Part shown: positions 27,101 through 35,579 of the stretch, one piece after another
Numbering within the stretch: position 1 is the first letter of the stretch
Layout: every line of letters starts with the position of its first letter
Origin: a bacterium
GTDB taxonomy: Bacteria; Myxococcota_A; UBA9160; UBA4427
DNA length: 64,000 nt
Direction of reading: 5' to 3'
NCBI GenBank assembly: GCA_031413515.1
Contig: JANOFF010000031.1
Coordinates: 131,166-195,165 of the forward strand
Made by a program: the position numbers and the translations under genes
Notes under the pieces: generated by a model
Seen by the model: the letters and a program-made list of their open reading frames with translations, nothing else
Databases searched by the model: none
Told to the model about the DNA's origin: nothing

Positions 27101-27661
27101 CGGCCCGAAACCCGCCATCGCCTTGCGGATCGGCTCTTCGAGGCGCGTACCGCCGCGGGCCACGCTGCCGCTGTCGACGTTGTCGAGCACGAGACGCAGG
27201 TATCCGAAGTCCGGGGTCAGGGGCGAGAGCACCGTGGCGCGTCCCGCGAAAGCGATCAACCCGACCTGGTCGCCCTGGAGATAAGGGAGCAGGTCGCGGA
27301 TCTCGGCCTTGGCCCGTTCGAGGCGGTTCGGCACCACGTCCTCGGCCAGCATCGAGCGCGACACATCGAGGGCGATCATGATCTCGGCGCCGATCTGGCG
27401 CGAGCGGACGAACTCGACACCCCACTGCGGGCGCATCAGGGCGATCACGATCGCGACGAGCGCAACCGCGATCAGCCCGAGCCGGGTGCGGCGTCGCCAC
27501 TCCGGTGTGCGGTCGACGATCCGCGACTGCATGGCCGGGCCGACGAAGTCGCCGAGCAGTCTCCCGCCTCGGGCCTCGAGCCAGACGAGCACAGCCAGCG
27601 CCAGCACGACGCCCCAGAGTGCGTGGATGTACTGCGGCTCGGCGAATTCAAGCCCGCTCAC
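24122..27661 (-). CDS. Giant VWA-domain protein: BatB-like N-terminus fused to a BatC-like TPR/helical region and tail
   Basis: N-terminal TM helices, VWA MIDAS motif (ALDVSRSM...LITDGEDH), a TM segment, a TPR-like segment, about 600 aa of Ala/Glu/Arg-rich helix, a Q/E-rich acidic stretch, and a BatC-like terminal LLQSVRDREAERHRRR...PVERDW. GTGA overlap with batA. Confidence 0.75.
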   Translation of the reverse strand: MSGLEFAEPQYIHALWGVVLALAVLVWLEARGGRLLGDFVGPAMQSRIVDRTPEWRRRTRLGLIAVALVAIVIALMRPQWGVEFVRSRQIGAEIMIALDVSRSMLAEDVVPNRLERAKAEIRDLLPYLQGDQVGLIAFAGRATVLSPLTPDFGYLRLVLDNVDSGSVARGGTRLEEPIRKAMAGFGPAGDLARVILLITDGEDHDSFPVDAAREAAEQGIRILAIGFGDEAGSEIFITDPASGARRAISDADGRPVRSRLDGELLRELALVTEGAYVPAGTGVLDLESIFEAHIRPLMRAEGAETERTIRHDAFQWPLLVAWLALLGAVIAGRGRHTLLAGLALALCAITPSSPALAQAPTSGLTDEDRPVQGTSPSDPSGTAGAQATKSIEIPEVPREAFNVGVAALEANALDDAERALAAARQTARGDGETRYRASYDLGWLEAARAEALRADEPAKALQSLERAAEWFREAISIRPDEEAPRRNLEIVLARALALADTLAERDSKTLEQRLDALIEGQRALNRGARALVEILQASDDPSAGDALRGDFKRLTVEQRERLSEAGEIADLAGDELTQLNAISESDRTPEQAMRIAQLESLLDHQHRARERMGQTRSQLRRRQAERAHRRGMTALENLKRAREQLLDPVRLLDGLQVDASALAAETRALALAGAGAPIGASEPAPVLPDWLDVEYLAELQTSITERTRELDARFAAARSAASDELSAEQRAAIEAITTAAPHVHDAGERFSEAGQALAIDDGLVAVESQLAGLEALSLAREQLLDLRGLIELSYMDERRIQGFVDPETTTEAASGSASDPGADAEPIPLEEIAPALVALQQRNLERAARLARLLADSVPEIDAAAAGATAADPAAQEQLAAERARLEAADGLLALTESAMRGTAEALARVPTDPAATAQSRDRVATAVKGLESLRRLYFTIVEHLRDAARREIEIADETESAGGRPPEQRAAAFELVASRQSELAESTRRLADALHEQALAGPPVATGGEPVDPAVVEQGAEQAAERLTRAAELVLSASGEMTTAAAGLSPEGAEPDVDAIRAVQDDSVEHLAEAIAILEPPKQQEQPQQQDQQQQSEQQDGQEGESQDPKSGQESETGQPEGEPSQAESAAAEQARQAEAERAADPGQLLQSVRDREAERHRRRTRGQSGYEPVERDW

Positions 27662-28674
27662 GGCAGCCTCCGCAGCAGGCTCTGCGCGAGCAGCGCCGCA
27701 CCGACGATCAGGCCGGCTCCGGCGGCGGCGAACGACGCATAGTGGTCGTCGTACTGCATCGTTCGCAACTCGACGATCTCGCTGCGCTCGAGCTGATCGA
27801 TCTCACGGTAGACCTCGGCGAGCGCGTCGACGTTCTCGGCGTGGAAATAGCGGCCGCCGGTCCGCTCGGCGATCTGCTGGAGGCTCTTCTCGTCGAGTTC
27901 GACGAAGGCCTGCCGCAGCACGGTCTGGCCGCGCCACTGCATCGGGAACGGAGCCTGTCCGGTGCGCCCCGCGCCGATCGTGTAGACCTTGATGTCGTGG
28001 GCGGCGGCGAGTTCGGCGGCCTGCCCCGGCGAGATGTCGCCGGTGTTGCTGACGCCATCGGTCAGCAGGATCGCCACGCGGCTCTTCGCGGGATGCCGCC
28101 GAAGACGCTCGACGGCGAGTGCCAGTCCTTCGCCGACCGCGGTTCCGTCTTCGTCCTGCTCGACGACGATCTGGATGTCGTCGAGGATCGAGACCAGGTT
28201 GGTGTGGTCGAGGGTGAGCGGCGCGACGCTGTCCGCAAAGCGGGCGAACGTGACGAGCCCGACCAGATCGTCGGGGCGACCGGCACCTCCATCGATGCCG
28301 AGGAACCGGTGCAACACCTGCTTCACGGCGGCCAGCCGATCGACGCTCTGATCGTCCTCGACGAAGTCGCGCGCATTCATCGATCCCGATCGGTCCACCA
28401 CCAGCACCATCGCGATGCCCTCGCGATGCACGGTCGTGCTGGCGTCCCCGGTGCGCGGTCCCGCCAACGCGATCGCCAGCGCGATGGCGGCGGCGGCGAG
28501 CATCAGGGCGGGCAGGGGCAGCAGCCGGATCCGCCACGAACCGGGCGTGCCGGCCAGCAGCGACAGACTCGAATAGCGGACCACCGAACCGCTCGCGCGC
28601 GCCCACACGAAGATGACCGGGGCGAGCAGCGCCAGCAGCAGGAAGATCGGGTCGCGGAATTCGAGACCGCTCAT
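27658..28674 (-). CDS. batA: BatA-like VWA-domain membrane protein
   Basis: MSGLEFRDPIFLLLALLAPV N-terminus, MIDAS VVDRSGSM, LLTDGVSN and a C-terminal TM segment. ATGA overlap with the upstream gene. Confidence 0.85.
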   Translation of the reverse strand: MSGLEFRDPIFLLLALLAPVIFVWARASGSVVRYSSLSLLAGTPGSWRIRLLPLPALMLAAAAIALAIALAGPRTGDASTTVHREGIAMVLVVDRSGSMNARDFVEDDQSVDRLAAVKQVLHRFLGIDGGAGRPDDLVGLVTFARFADSVAPLTLDHTNLVSILDDIQIVVEQDEDGTAVGEGLALAVERLRRHPAKSRVAILLTDGVSNTGDISPGQAAELAAAHDIKVYTIGAGRTGQAPFPMQWRGQTVLRQAFVELDEKSLQQIAERTGGRYFHAENVDALAEVYREIDQLERSEIVELRTMQYDDHYASFAAAGAGLIVGAALLAQSLLRRLP

Positions 28675-29708
28675 CGCGCAGGCTCCGGGACCGCGACCGG
28701 GGCCGGCGTGCCGCCGACGGGCTCGCGCGTCTCCTCGACGAAGCGCACGGCCGCCGACAGCGCCTGCCCGATCGTCTCCTGGCTCGGGATCACGTGCGCG
28801 AATTTCACGAGATCGCACTCGCGCAGGAAGTCGCGCAACAGCGCGCGGTGGTCGTCGCCCAGATCCGGTGATGCGCTGACGAGGTCGAGAAAGCGCTCGG
28901 TGGTGAGTTCCGGGGATCGCAACGCGAAGCGACCCTCGAGGTAGCGCCGCACGATGCCGGAGAGATCGACGAAGTATGCGTCGATGCGATCCGGCGGCGG
29001 CTGCGGTGCAGCGAGCAGGGCATCGAGGGCCGCGCGTGCGATCTGGTAGGCGGATCGGACCGCCGCCCGCGCGCGCATGCGCTGCCAGGCACGCCACGCG
29101 AACGGGCCGATGCCCGCGCAGACGGCCGCGCTGATCGCGAGCAGCCAGAGCAGCAGCTTGCGCGAGTCGGACCCCAGCGGTTCGAGCCGGCCGAGCAGCG
29201 GGCTGAGCGGCGCCGTGTCGGCACCTTGCACCAGCGACGCCACTTCGAAGCGGATCGGTTCGGAGAGGATCTCGTAGGCGTCCTCGCCCTCGGGCGCGGG
29301 CTCGTGTCCGGGGCGTCGATCCACGAATTCGACGAGGATCGCGGGCACGCGATGCGGACCGGATGCCGGTGCCCGCAGTGTGTAGAGCTGCGACGCTCGC
29401 GTCTCGCCCGAAGGATCGATGCTCTCCCGGGGCACGAAGTCGATGATCGAGAATCGATCGAGCGCGTCACCGAAATCGGGCATCAGCAACTCGACCCCCG
29501 GCTCAGCCACGGCCTCGACGACCAGCTTCATCGGGTCGCCGATCGTGGGCGCGTCGGGTTCGAGCTGGACGCGCAGCTCGACCGGCCCGCTCCGACTCGT
29601 CGTCTCGAGGGACTGTGCGGCCTGTGGCCCGAAGGCGCAGAGGGAGAAGAAGAAGGACGCGAGCGACGCGACGATCACGCGGTCCGTCGTGTCTTGCGCG
29701 CGGGTCAT
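28671..29708 (-). CDS. Membrane protein of the Bat operon: BatD-like beta-rich N-terminal domain plus TM plus a DUF4381-like C-terminal half
   Basis: Signal peptide, PVELRVQLEPDAPTIGDPMKLVVEAV... (resembles BatD modules), a central TM segment (LLLWLLAISAAVCAGIGPFAW), then a helical domain ending in LRECDLVKFA. It occupies the slot usually held by a short DUF4381 protein. Confidence 0.55.
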   Translation of the reverse strand: MTRAQDTTDRVIVASLASFFFSLCAFGPQAAQSLETTSRSGPVELRVQLEPDAPTIGDPMKLVVEAVAEPGVELLMPDFGDALDRFSIIDFVPRESIDPSGETRASQLYTLRAPASGPHRVPAILVEFVDRRPGHEPAPEGEDAYEILSEPIRFEVASLVQGADTAPLSPLLGRLEPLGSDSRKLLLWLLAISAAVCAGIGPFAWRAWQRMRARAAVRSAYQIARAALDALLAAPQPPPDRIDAYFVDLSGIVRRYLEGRFALRSPELTTERFLDLVSASPDLGDDHRALLRDFLRECDLVKFAHVIPSQETIGQALSAAVRFVEETREPVGGTPAPVAVPEPAR

Positions 29709-30676
29709 CGTCGTGACCTCTGTTCGCGGGCACGGAAGAAGCGCACGAGCGGATCGACGACGGACCCACCCGCGTCGATGTGGATCAGATCGATGCCCGA
29801 GCCCGCCAGACGACCGCGCAGCCCGGCGATGCGCGCCTCGCCGCCGCGCGTCACGGCGTCGCGAAACGCAGCCGAGCCCGCGTCCACGACGCGCTGCTCG
29901 AAGGTCTCGGGATCTTCGAGCGCGATCAGCCCCACGTCATCGATCGCGAGTTCGCGGCGATCCGTCACGAGCACGGCGACCACGTCGTGCTTCCGGTTCG
30001 CGGTGCGCAGCGCCTGCTCGAATCCCTCGTCGATGAAGTCGCTCACCACGAAACAGACGCAGCGACGCTTGTGGACGGACAGGAAGAACTCGATCGCGCG
30101 CGCGATCCGCGTCGACTGTCGCGGTGTGCGCAGGCGGCGGGTGCGACCGACGGGCAGCCAGCGCCGCCAACCTGCGCGAGGGGGCGGAGCGGGGTCGTCG
30201 CCCGGGCGCTCGCCCACGCCGTGGCTCAGCACCTCGCGCACGACCCGCAGCGCGTGGCGCTGTCCCTTGCGGGCCGGGATGTACTGCTCGATGTCGCCGT
30301 GGAAGAGCAGCAGGCCGACCTTGTCGTCGTTGCGCGTCGCCGAGAAGGCGAGCAGCGCACACAGCTCGGCCGCACATTCACGCTTCGAGCGCGACGCCGA
30401 GCCGAAATCCTGCGAGGCCGAGACGTCGGCCATCAACATCAACGTGAGTTGACGCTCCTCGACGAAGCGCTTGACGAAGGGCTCGCCCATCCGCGCGGTC
30501 ACGTTCCAGTCGATGCTGCGGATGTCGTCGCCCGGCGTGTAGGGGCGGACCTCGTCGAACTCGATCCCGCTGCCCTTGAAGACCGAGACATACTCGCCGG
30601 CCAGCACGTCGGCGACCTGTCGGCCGGTGCGGACCTGGATCTCGCGGACCCGCCGCATGATCTCCTTGGGGAGCAT
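29705..30676 (-). CDS. DUF58-family protein (MoxR/VWA-associated)
   Basis: Hallmark GEYVSVFKGSGIEFDEVRPYTPGDDIRSIDWNVTAR. ATGA overlap with the downstream gene. Confidence 0.9.
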   Translation of the reverse strand: MLPKEIMRRVREIQVRTGRQVADVLAGEYVSVFKGSGIEFDEVRPYTPGDDIRSIDWNVTARMGEPFVKRFVEERQLTLMLMADVSASQDFGSASRSKRECAAELCALLAFSATRNDDKVGLLLFHGDIEQYIPARKGQRHALRVVREVLSHGVGERPGDDPAPPPRAGWRRWLPVGRTRRLRTPRQSTRIARAIEFFLSVHKRRCVCFVVSDFIDEGFEQALRTANRKHDVVAVLVTDRRELAIDDVGLIALEDPETFEQRVVDAGSAAFRDAVTRGGEARIAGLRGRLAGSGIDLIHIDAGGSVVDPLVRFFRAREQRSRR

Positions 30677-30695
30677 GGCTGCTTTCCGGATCGAT

Positions 30696-31685
30696 TCAGG
30701 GGACCAGCAAGCTGTCCATGATCTTCTGGATCACATCGCCCGAGTTCATCCCCTCGGCCTCCGCCTCGTAGCTGACGGCGACCCGGTGTCGCAGCACGGG
30801 CAGCGCGAAGGTCTGGATGTCGTGGGGCGTCACATAACCGCGTCCCTGCAGAAACGCATGTGCCTTGGCGGCCTGCATCAGCGCGATGCTGGCCCGCGGG
30901 CTCGCGCCGTGCTCGATCAGCCCGTCGAGGCCGGAGACACCGAACGCAGCGGGGTTGCGTGTCGCGTGGACGAGATCGACGATGTAGTTGCGGGCCTTCT
31001 CGTCGACGAACAACTGTTCGACGTGCCGGCGCGCGGCGAGGATGTCACGCGCCGTCGCCACCGACGTCAGCTCGGGGATCGGCTTCCCACTGGCCATCCG
31101 GTCGAGGATCCGCCGCTCTTCTTCGACGCTCGGATAGCCGATCACGATCTTCAGCATGAAGCGATCGACCTGCGCCTCGGGCAGGGGGTAGGTGCCTTCC
31201 TGCTCGATCGGATTCTGGGTGGCGAGCACCAGGAAGGGCTCGGGCAGCTCGATCCGCTCGCCGCCGATCGTGACCTGCCTCTCCTGCATCGCCTCGAGCA
31301 GCGCGGCCTGCACTTTCGCCGGCGCGCGGTTGATCTCGTCGGCCAGTACGAGGTTCGAGAAGATCGGACCACGCTTCACGCTGAAGCTGCCGTCCCGTTG
31401 ATTGTAGATCTGCGTGCCGATCACGTCGGCGGGCAGCATGTCGGGTGTGAACTGGATGCGCGAGAAGCCCGTATCGATCGCACGGGCCAGTGCCCGCACG
31501 GTCAGCGTCTTGGCGAGCCCGGGCAGACCCTCGAGCAGCACGTGGCCGCCGGTCAGCAGGCCGACGAGCAACCCGCGGATCATCTCGTCCTGACCGACGA
31601 GGACCTTGCCGACCTCGCTCTGGATCGCGGCACAGAGGCGCGCCGTCTGGGCGTCGACTGCGGTCGGGGGCACTTGATCCGCCAT
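30696..31685 (-). CDS. moxR: MoxR-family AAA+ ATPase
   Basis: Walker A GLPGLAKT and Walker B/sensor VLADEINRAPAKVQAALLEAMQE. The ATG at 31685 is preceded by AGGAGA; the track ORF extension to 31835 is not needed. Confidence 0.92.
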   Translation of the reverse strand: MADQVPPTAVDAQTARLCAAIQSEVGKVLVGQDEMIRGLLVGLLTGGHVLLEGLPGLAKTLTVRALARAIDTGFSRIQFTPDMLPADVIGTQIYNQRDGSFSVKRGPIFSNLVLADEINRAPAKVQAALLEAMQERQVTIGGERIELPEPFLVLATQNPIEQEGTYPLPEAQVDRFMLKIVIGYPSVEEERRILDRMASGKPIPELTSVATARDILAARRHVEQLFVDEKARNYIVDLVHATRNPAAFGVSGLDGLIEHGASPRASIALMQAAKAHAFLQGRGYVTPHDIQTFALPVLRHRVAVSYEAEAEGMNSGDVIQKIMDSLLVP

Positions 31686-31949
31686 GATTCGATTGTTCTC
31701 CTGGACTTTGGTTGCGCTCGCGATTCGACCGGCTCGCTGGATCCGGTCGCGGGCGCCACGGGGGCTGTTGATCCGCAGCGGGATTCCGGAGTCGCGCGTG
31801 TGGACACTCGGACGCTGTTTCTGGTTCCCTGTCACGCTCTGCGGCGTCGCATGTTAATGAGGCTGTCCCCCGCCGACCAGCAAGATCGCCGCGGTCTCTG
31901 TTGCGAGCGGGTTATGCTGAGCCGGCCGAATCACGAGAAGGAGAGCAGA

Positions 31950-32495
31950 ATGCGACCCGAGAAGCCCCGCGTCCAACCCCTTTCGATCGAGGAACTCGAT
32001 CCCGAGACGCGCGAACGCTTCGGCAAGGGCCCCGTCCTCAACATCTTCCGGACTCTCGCGCGGCATCCCGATCTGATGAAACGCTGGCTGGTGTTCGGCA
32101 ATCATGTGCTGTCGAAGTCGACGCTGCCGCCTCGCGAACGCGAGCTCGTGATCCTGCGCATCGGCTGGCTGTGCCGGGCGAAGTACGAATGGGGCCAGCA
32201 CGTGCTGATCGGGAAGCAGTCGGGACTCAGCGACGCCGAGATCGAGCGGATCGCCGACGGACCGGACGCCCCGGGCTGGAGCGAATTCGATCGCACGCTG
32301 CTCCGCGCCACCGACGAACTCCACCACGATGCCTGCGTGGGGGATGCGACCTGGGCAGCGCTCGTCGCCCACTATTCGACTGAACAGTGCATGGATCTGG
32401 TCTTCACGGTGGGGCAATACAACCTGGTCTCGATGGCGCTCAACACGTTCGGCGTGCAGCCCGAGGCTGGATTGCCGGGACTGCCCACGAGATGA
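31950..32495 (+). CDS. Carboxymuconolactone decarboxylase (AhpD-like) family protein
   Basis: About 180 aa and all-helical, with LFRTLARHPDLMKRW and RELVILRIGWLCRAKYEWGQHV, typical of the CMD family. The ATG follows GAAGGAGAG. Confidence 0.7.
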   Translation: MRPEKPRVQPLSIEELDPETRERFGKGPVLNIFRTLARHPDLMKRWLVFGNHVLSKSTLPPRERELVILRIGWLCRAKYEWGQHVLIGKQSGLSDAEIERIADGPDAPGWSEFDRTLLRATDELHHDACVGDATWAALVAHYSTEQCMDLVFTVGQYNLVSMALNTFGVQPEAGLPGLPTR

Positions 32496-33292
32496 GCGGC
32501 CGACTCGCGGGCAAGATCGCGATCGTCGTGGGCGCGGGTCAGACCCCGGGTGACACGATCGGCAACGGGCGCGCCACGGCGATCCTGTTCGCACGAGAGG
32601 GCGCCGAGGTGGTCGCCGTCGATCGCCGGCTCGATTCTGCGCGCGAGACGGTCGCGATGATCGAGGCCGAAGGCGGCCGGGCGCTCGCCCATCAGGCCGA
32701 CGCGACGAGCGAGCCGGATTGTCAGGCCTTGATGGCGGAGTGCCACTCCCGCTTCGGTCGAATCGACGTGCTCCACAACAACGTCGGGATCGGCGGCGCC
32801 GATGCTGGCCCGATGCACGTGGACCTCGATGCGTGGGATCGCATCCTCGGCGTCAACCTCAAGAGTGTGATCGTGCCGTGCAAGTATGTCCTGCCGATCA
32901 TGCGCGAACAGCAGGCTGGGTCGATCGTCAACGTGTCGTCGATCGCCGCGGTGTGCTCGACGCCGATCGTCGCGTACAAGGCCTCGAAGGCAGGGGTCAA
33001 CGCGTACACGCAGTCGCTTGCGGTCGGCAACGCGAAGTACGGGATCCGCGCCAACGTCATCATGCCGGGATTGATCGACACCCCGATGGCGATCGAGGGC
33101 ATCGCGGCGGGAACCGGGATCGACAAGGCCGAGCTCATCCGTCGCCGCAACGCTTCGGTGCCGCTTCGCGCCCGGATGGGCACGGCGTGGGACGTCGCGT
33201 ATGCGGCCCTCTATCTCGCTTCGGACGAGGCCTGCTTCGTGACCGGCGTGATGCTACCGGTGGACGGGGGGCAGAGCGCGCGGGTGGGTTGA
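32492..33292 (+). CDS. Short-chain dehydrogenase/reductase
   Basis: GKIAIVVGAG..GIG-type N-terminus, NNVGI, YKASKAG. ATGA overlap with the CMD gene. Confidence 0.85.
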   Translation: MSGRLAGKIAIVVGAGQTPGDTIGNGRATAILFAREGAEVVAVDRRLDSARETVAMIEAEGGRALAHQADATSEPDCQALMAECHSRFGRIDVLHNNVGIGGADAGPMHVDLDAWDRILGVNLKSVIVPCKYVLPIMREQQAGSIVNVSSIAAVCSTPIVAYKASKAGVNAYTQSLAVGNAKYGIRANVIMPGLIDTPMAIEGIAAGTGIDKAELIRRRNASVPLRARMGTAWDVAYAALYLASDEACFVTGVMLPVDGGQSARVG

Positions 33293-33337
33293 TGCACGGT
33301 CAGCCATGGACAATCACGTTCGAAACGGAGCCCAGTG

Positions 33338-34756
33338 ATGAATTTGCACCGATGTCCGCCCCGCCTTCGCCCCGCTCGGGCGCTGTGGCAAATCGCCGCC
33401 TTCGCTTTGCTGACGATGCTCGCGAACGAGCCGGCGGCCGCGCAGGGATCGATCGTCGAGCGCGTCGCCACCGGAATTTCCCGGCCCGTGTTCCTGACCG
33501 CGCCGCCGGGCGATCGCCAGCGTGTCTTCCTCGTCGAGCAGCACACGGGCAGGATCCGGATCCTGCGGCTCTCCGATCAGGCTGTGCTCTCGCCGCCGTT
33601 TCTGACGGTGCCGGGTATCTCGACCGGCGACGAGCAAGGACTTCTCGGCCTCGCCTTCGATCCCGAGTACGCGACGAACGGCTTCTTCTACGTCTACTAC
33701 ACGAATCCGAATTCGCAGATCGTGCGGTACCAGGTCTCCGCCGTTGATCCCGATCTGGCCGACGGCGCGAGCGCGCAGCCGATCCTCTCGTTCAACCAGC
33801 CCCAGGCGAATCACAACGGGGGCTGGATCGGCTTCGGACCGAGCGACGGCCTGCTCTACATCGCCACGGGAGACGGCGGCGCCGGCCGCGATCAGGGCCC
33901 CGGGCACACCGAGCCCGGCGGCAACGCACAGGACACCACGTCGAACCTGCTCGGAAAGATCCTGCGTATCGACGTCGCGGGCGACGACTTCCCCGCCGAT
34001 GCGGCGCGCAACTACGCGATCCCGCCCGGCAACCCGTTCTTCGGCACGGCGAACGACGCCGAGATCTGGGCGTTCGGCCTGCGAAACCCCTTTCGAGCCA
34101 GCTTCGATCGCCAGACGGGTGATCTGTACATCGGCGACGTCGGTCAGAACACCTGCGAAGAGCTGAACGTGCAACCCGCTGCGAGCGCGGGTGGCGAGAA
34201 CTACGGCTGGCGACTGCGCGAGGGGACGATTGCGACGCCGCCCACGCAGGGGTCGTCGCCGGTCGGGGGCCCGAAACCCCCCGGCGCGATCGATCCGATC
34301 TTCGACTACCCGCACTCGAGTGTTCAGACCTGTCGGTTCTCGGGCGCCTCGACGGCCTTCCTCGGTTTCGCGATCACGGGTGGCTACGTGTATCGCGGCC
34401 CGGTCTCCGCGCTCATCGGTCGCTACTTCTTCGCCGACTACGGGACGGGGCGGCTCTGGTCGCTGCGCTGGGATGGCTCCGATCCGTCTACGTTCGACGG
34501 CACCAACTACACGCAACTCACCGACCACGGCAGCGATCCGCTGTATCTCCCCGACCAGGGCGAGATCGCTTCCGTCTCGTCGTTCGGCGAAGACGATGAG
34601 GGCAATCTGTACGTGCTCGACCTGTTCGGCGGCGAGATCTTCCGCGTGCCCGAGCCGGCACCCGAGCCCCTGTTCGCCACGGCGGTCGTGACACTCGCTG
34701 CTGTCGCCGCGATGGCACGCGCGCGTCGACCCGTCGGGCGCGGTTGCGGTCGCTGA
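33338..34756 (+). CDS. PQQ-dependent (soluble glucose/sorbosone dehydrogenase-like) beta-propeller sugar dehydrogenase with a C-terminal PEP-CTERM sorting signal
   Basis: GLLGLAFDPEY..NGFFYVYYT, NHNGGWIGFGPSDGLLYIATGDGG and GLRNPFRASFD..GDLYIGDVGQ are GSDH-family motifs. Signal peptide at the N-terminus. The C-terminus VPEPAPEP, a hydrophobic helix and ARARR form a PEP-CTERM signal. Confidence 0.8.
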   Translation: MNLHRCPPRLRPARALWQIAAFALLTMLANEPAAAQGSIVERVATGISRPVFLTAPPGDRQRVFLVEQHTGRIRILRLSDQAVLSPPFLTVPGISTGDEQGLLGLAFDPEYATNGFFYVYYTNPNSQIVRYQVSAVDPDLADGASAQPILSFNQPQANHNGGWIGFGPSDGLLYIATGDGGAGRDQGPGHTEPGGNAQDTTSNLLGKILRIDVAGDDFPADAARNYAIPPGNPFFGTANDAEIWAFGLRNPFRASFDRQTGDLYIGDVGQNTCEELNVQPAASAGGENYGWRLREGTIATPPTQGSSPVGGPKPPGAIDPIFDYPHSSVQTCRFSGASTAFLGFAITGGYVYRGPVSALIGRYFFADYGTGRLWSLRWDGSDPSTFDGTNYTQLTDHGSDPLYLPDQGEIASVSSFGEDDEGNLYVLDLFGGEIFRVPEPAPEPLFATAVVTLAAVAAMARARRPVGRGCGR

Positions 34757-34787
34757 CCCGGATCCGAGGCGCCGGCACGACGCCCGG

Positions 34788-35579
34788 CTAGGGACGTCCG
34801 CGAATCCCGGCCTGCTGCAGGGCGCGCCGACGCGTCGCTTCGAGCTGGCTTCCCGTGCGACCGTCTCCGCGCGGGAAGAGCAGTTCGGCCTCGTCGAGCA
34901 CGACCATCGCATCGTCCGGCTTCGAGATCCCGAGCAGGCTTCGCGCCAGGCCGATGTGCGCACGCGCATCCGGGACGTCGCGCTGCAGCGCCTCGCGGAA
35001 GTCGGCGATCCCGCGGTCGAACTCTCCCCGGGTCGAGTGGACGCGCCCCGACAGCACGAAGGCCTCGTAGCGCAGATCCTGCGCGTCGTAGAGGCCCGTC
35101 GTCATCGTCAGACCGCTTGCGAGCAGACTTTCGACGGCGAGTGCTGCGTCGTCGAGCCGACCCAGGTCGAGATGCTCGAGAGCCACATTGTGCCAGCAGA
35201 CCGCGCAGCGCGGATGCGTCCGGGAATACGCTTCGAGTCGGGTCCGGGCCGCATCGCGTTCGCCTTTCGCCCTCTCGACTCCGTACAACGCCAGAGCGGC
35301 GGCGTCCCAGTCGCCGTCCAGTTCGAGGGCTCTCCGGTACGCGGCCTCGGCGGCGTCGCTTCGACCGACCTGCTGGTAGGCGACGCCGAGCCGGACCTGC
35401 GAGGCGACGTAGTCGGGATTGCGCTCGACGTGCGCCTCCCAGTAGGCGACTTCCTCGGCCGGCGTCCGCTCGGCGACCTGTCGGGCGAGTACGCCCCTCT
35501 CCAGCCAGAACAACAGCAACATCAGACCCGGAAAGGCCAGCAGCGTCCAGATCCGGCGGTCGCCCGGCAGTCGATTCAT
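34788..35579 (-). CDS. Membrane-anchored TPR-repeat protein
   Basis: N-terminal TM segment (IWTLLAFPGLMLLLFWL), then TPR-like repeats (LGVAYQQVGRSDAAEAAYRRALELD...). ATGA overlap with the upstream membrane protein. Confidence 0.7.
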   Translation of the reverse strand: MNRLPGDRRIWTLLAFPGLMLLLFWLERGVLARQVAERTPAEEVAYWEAHVERNPDYVASQVRLGVAYQQVGRSDAAEAAYRRALELDGDWDAAALALYGVERAKGERDAARTRLEAYSRTHPRCAVCWHNVALEHLDLGRLDDAALAVESLLASGLTMTTGLYDAQDLRYEAFVLSGRVHSTRGEFDRGIADFREALQRDVPDARAHIGLARSLLGISKPDDAMVVLDEAELLFPRGDGRTGSQLEATRRRALQQAGIRGRP

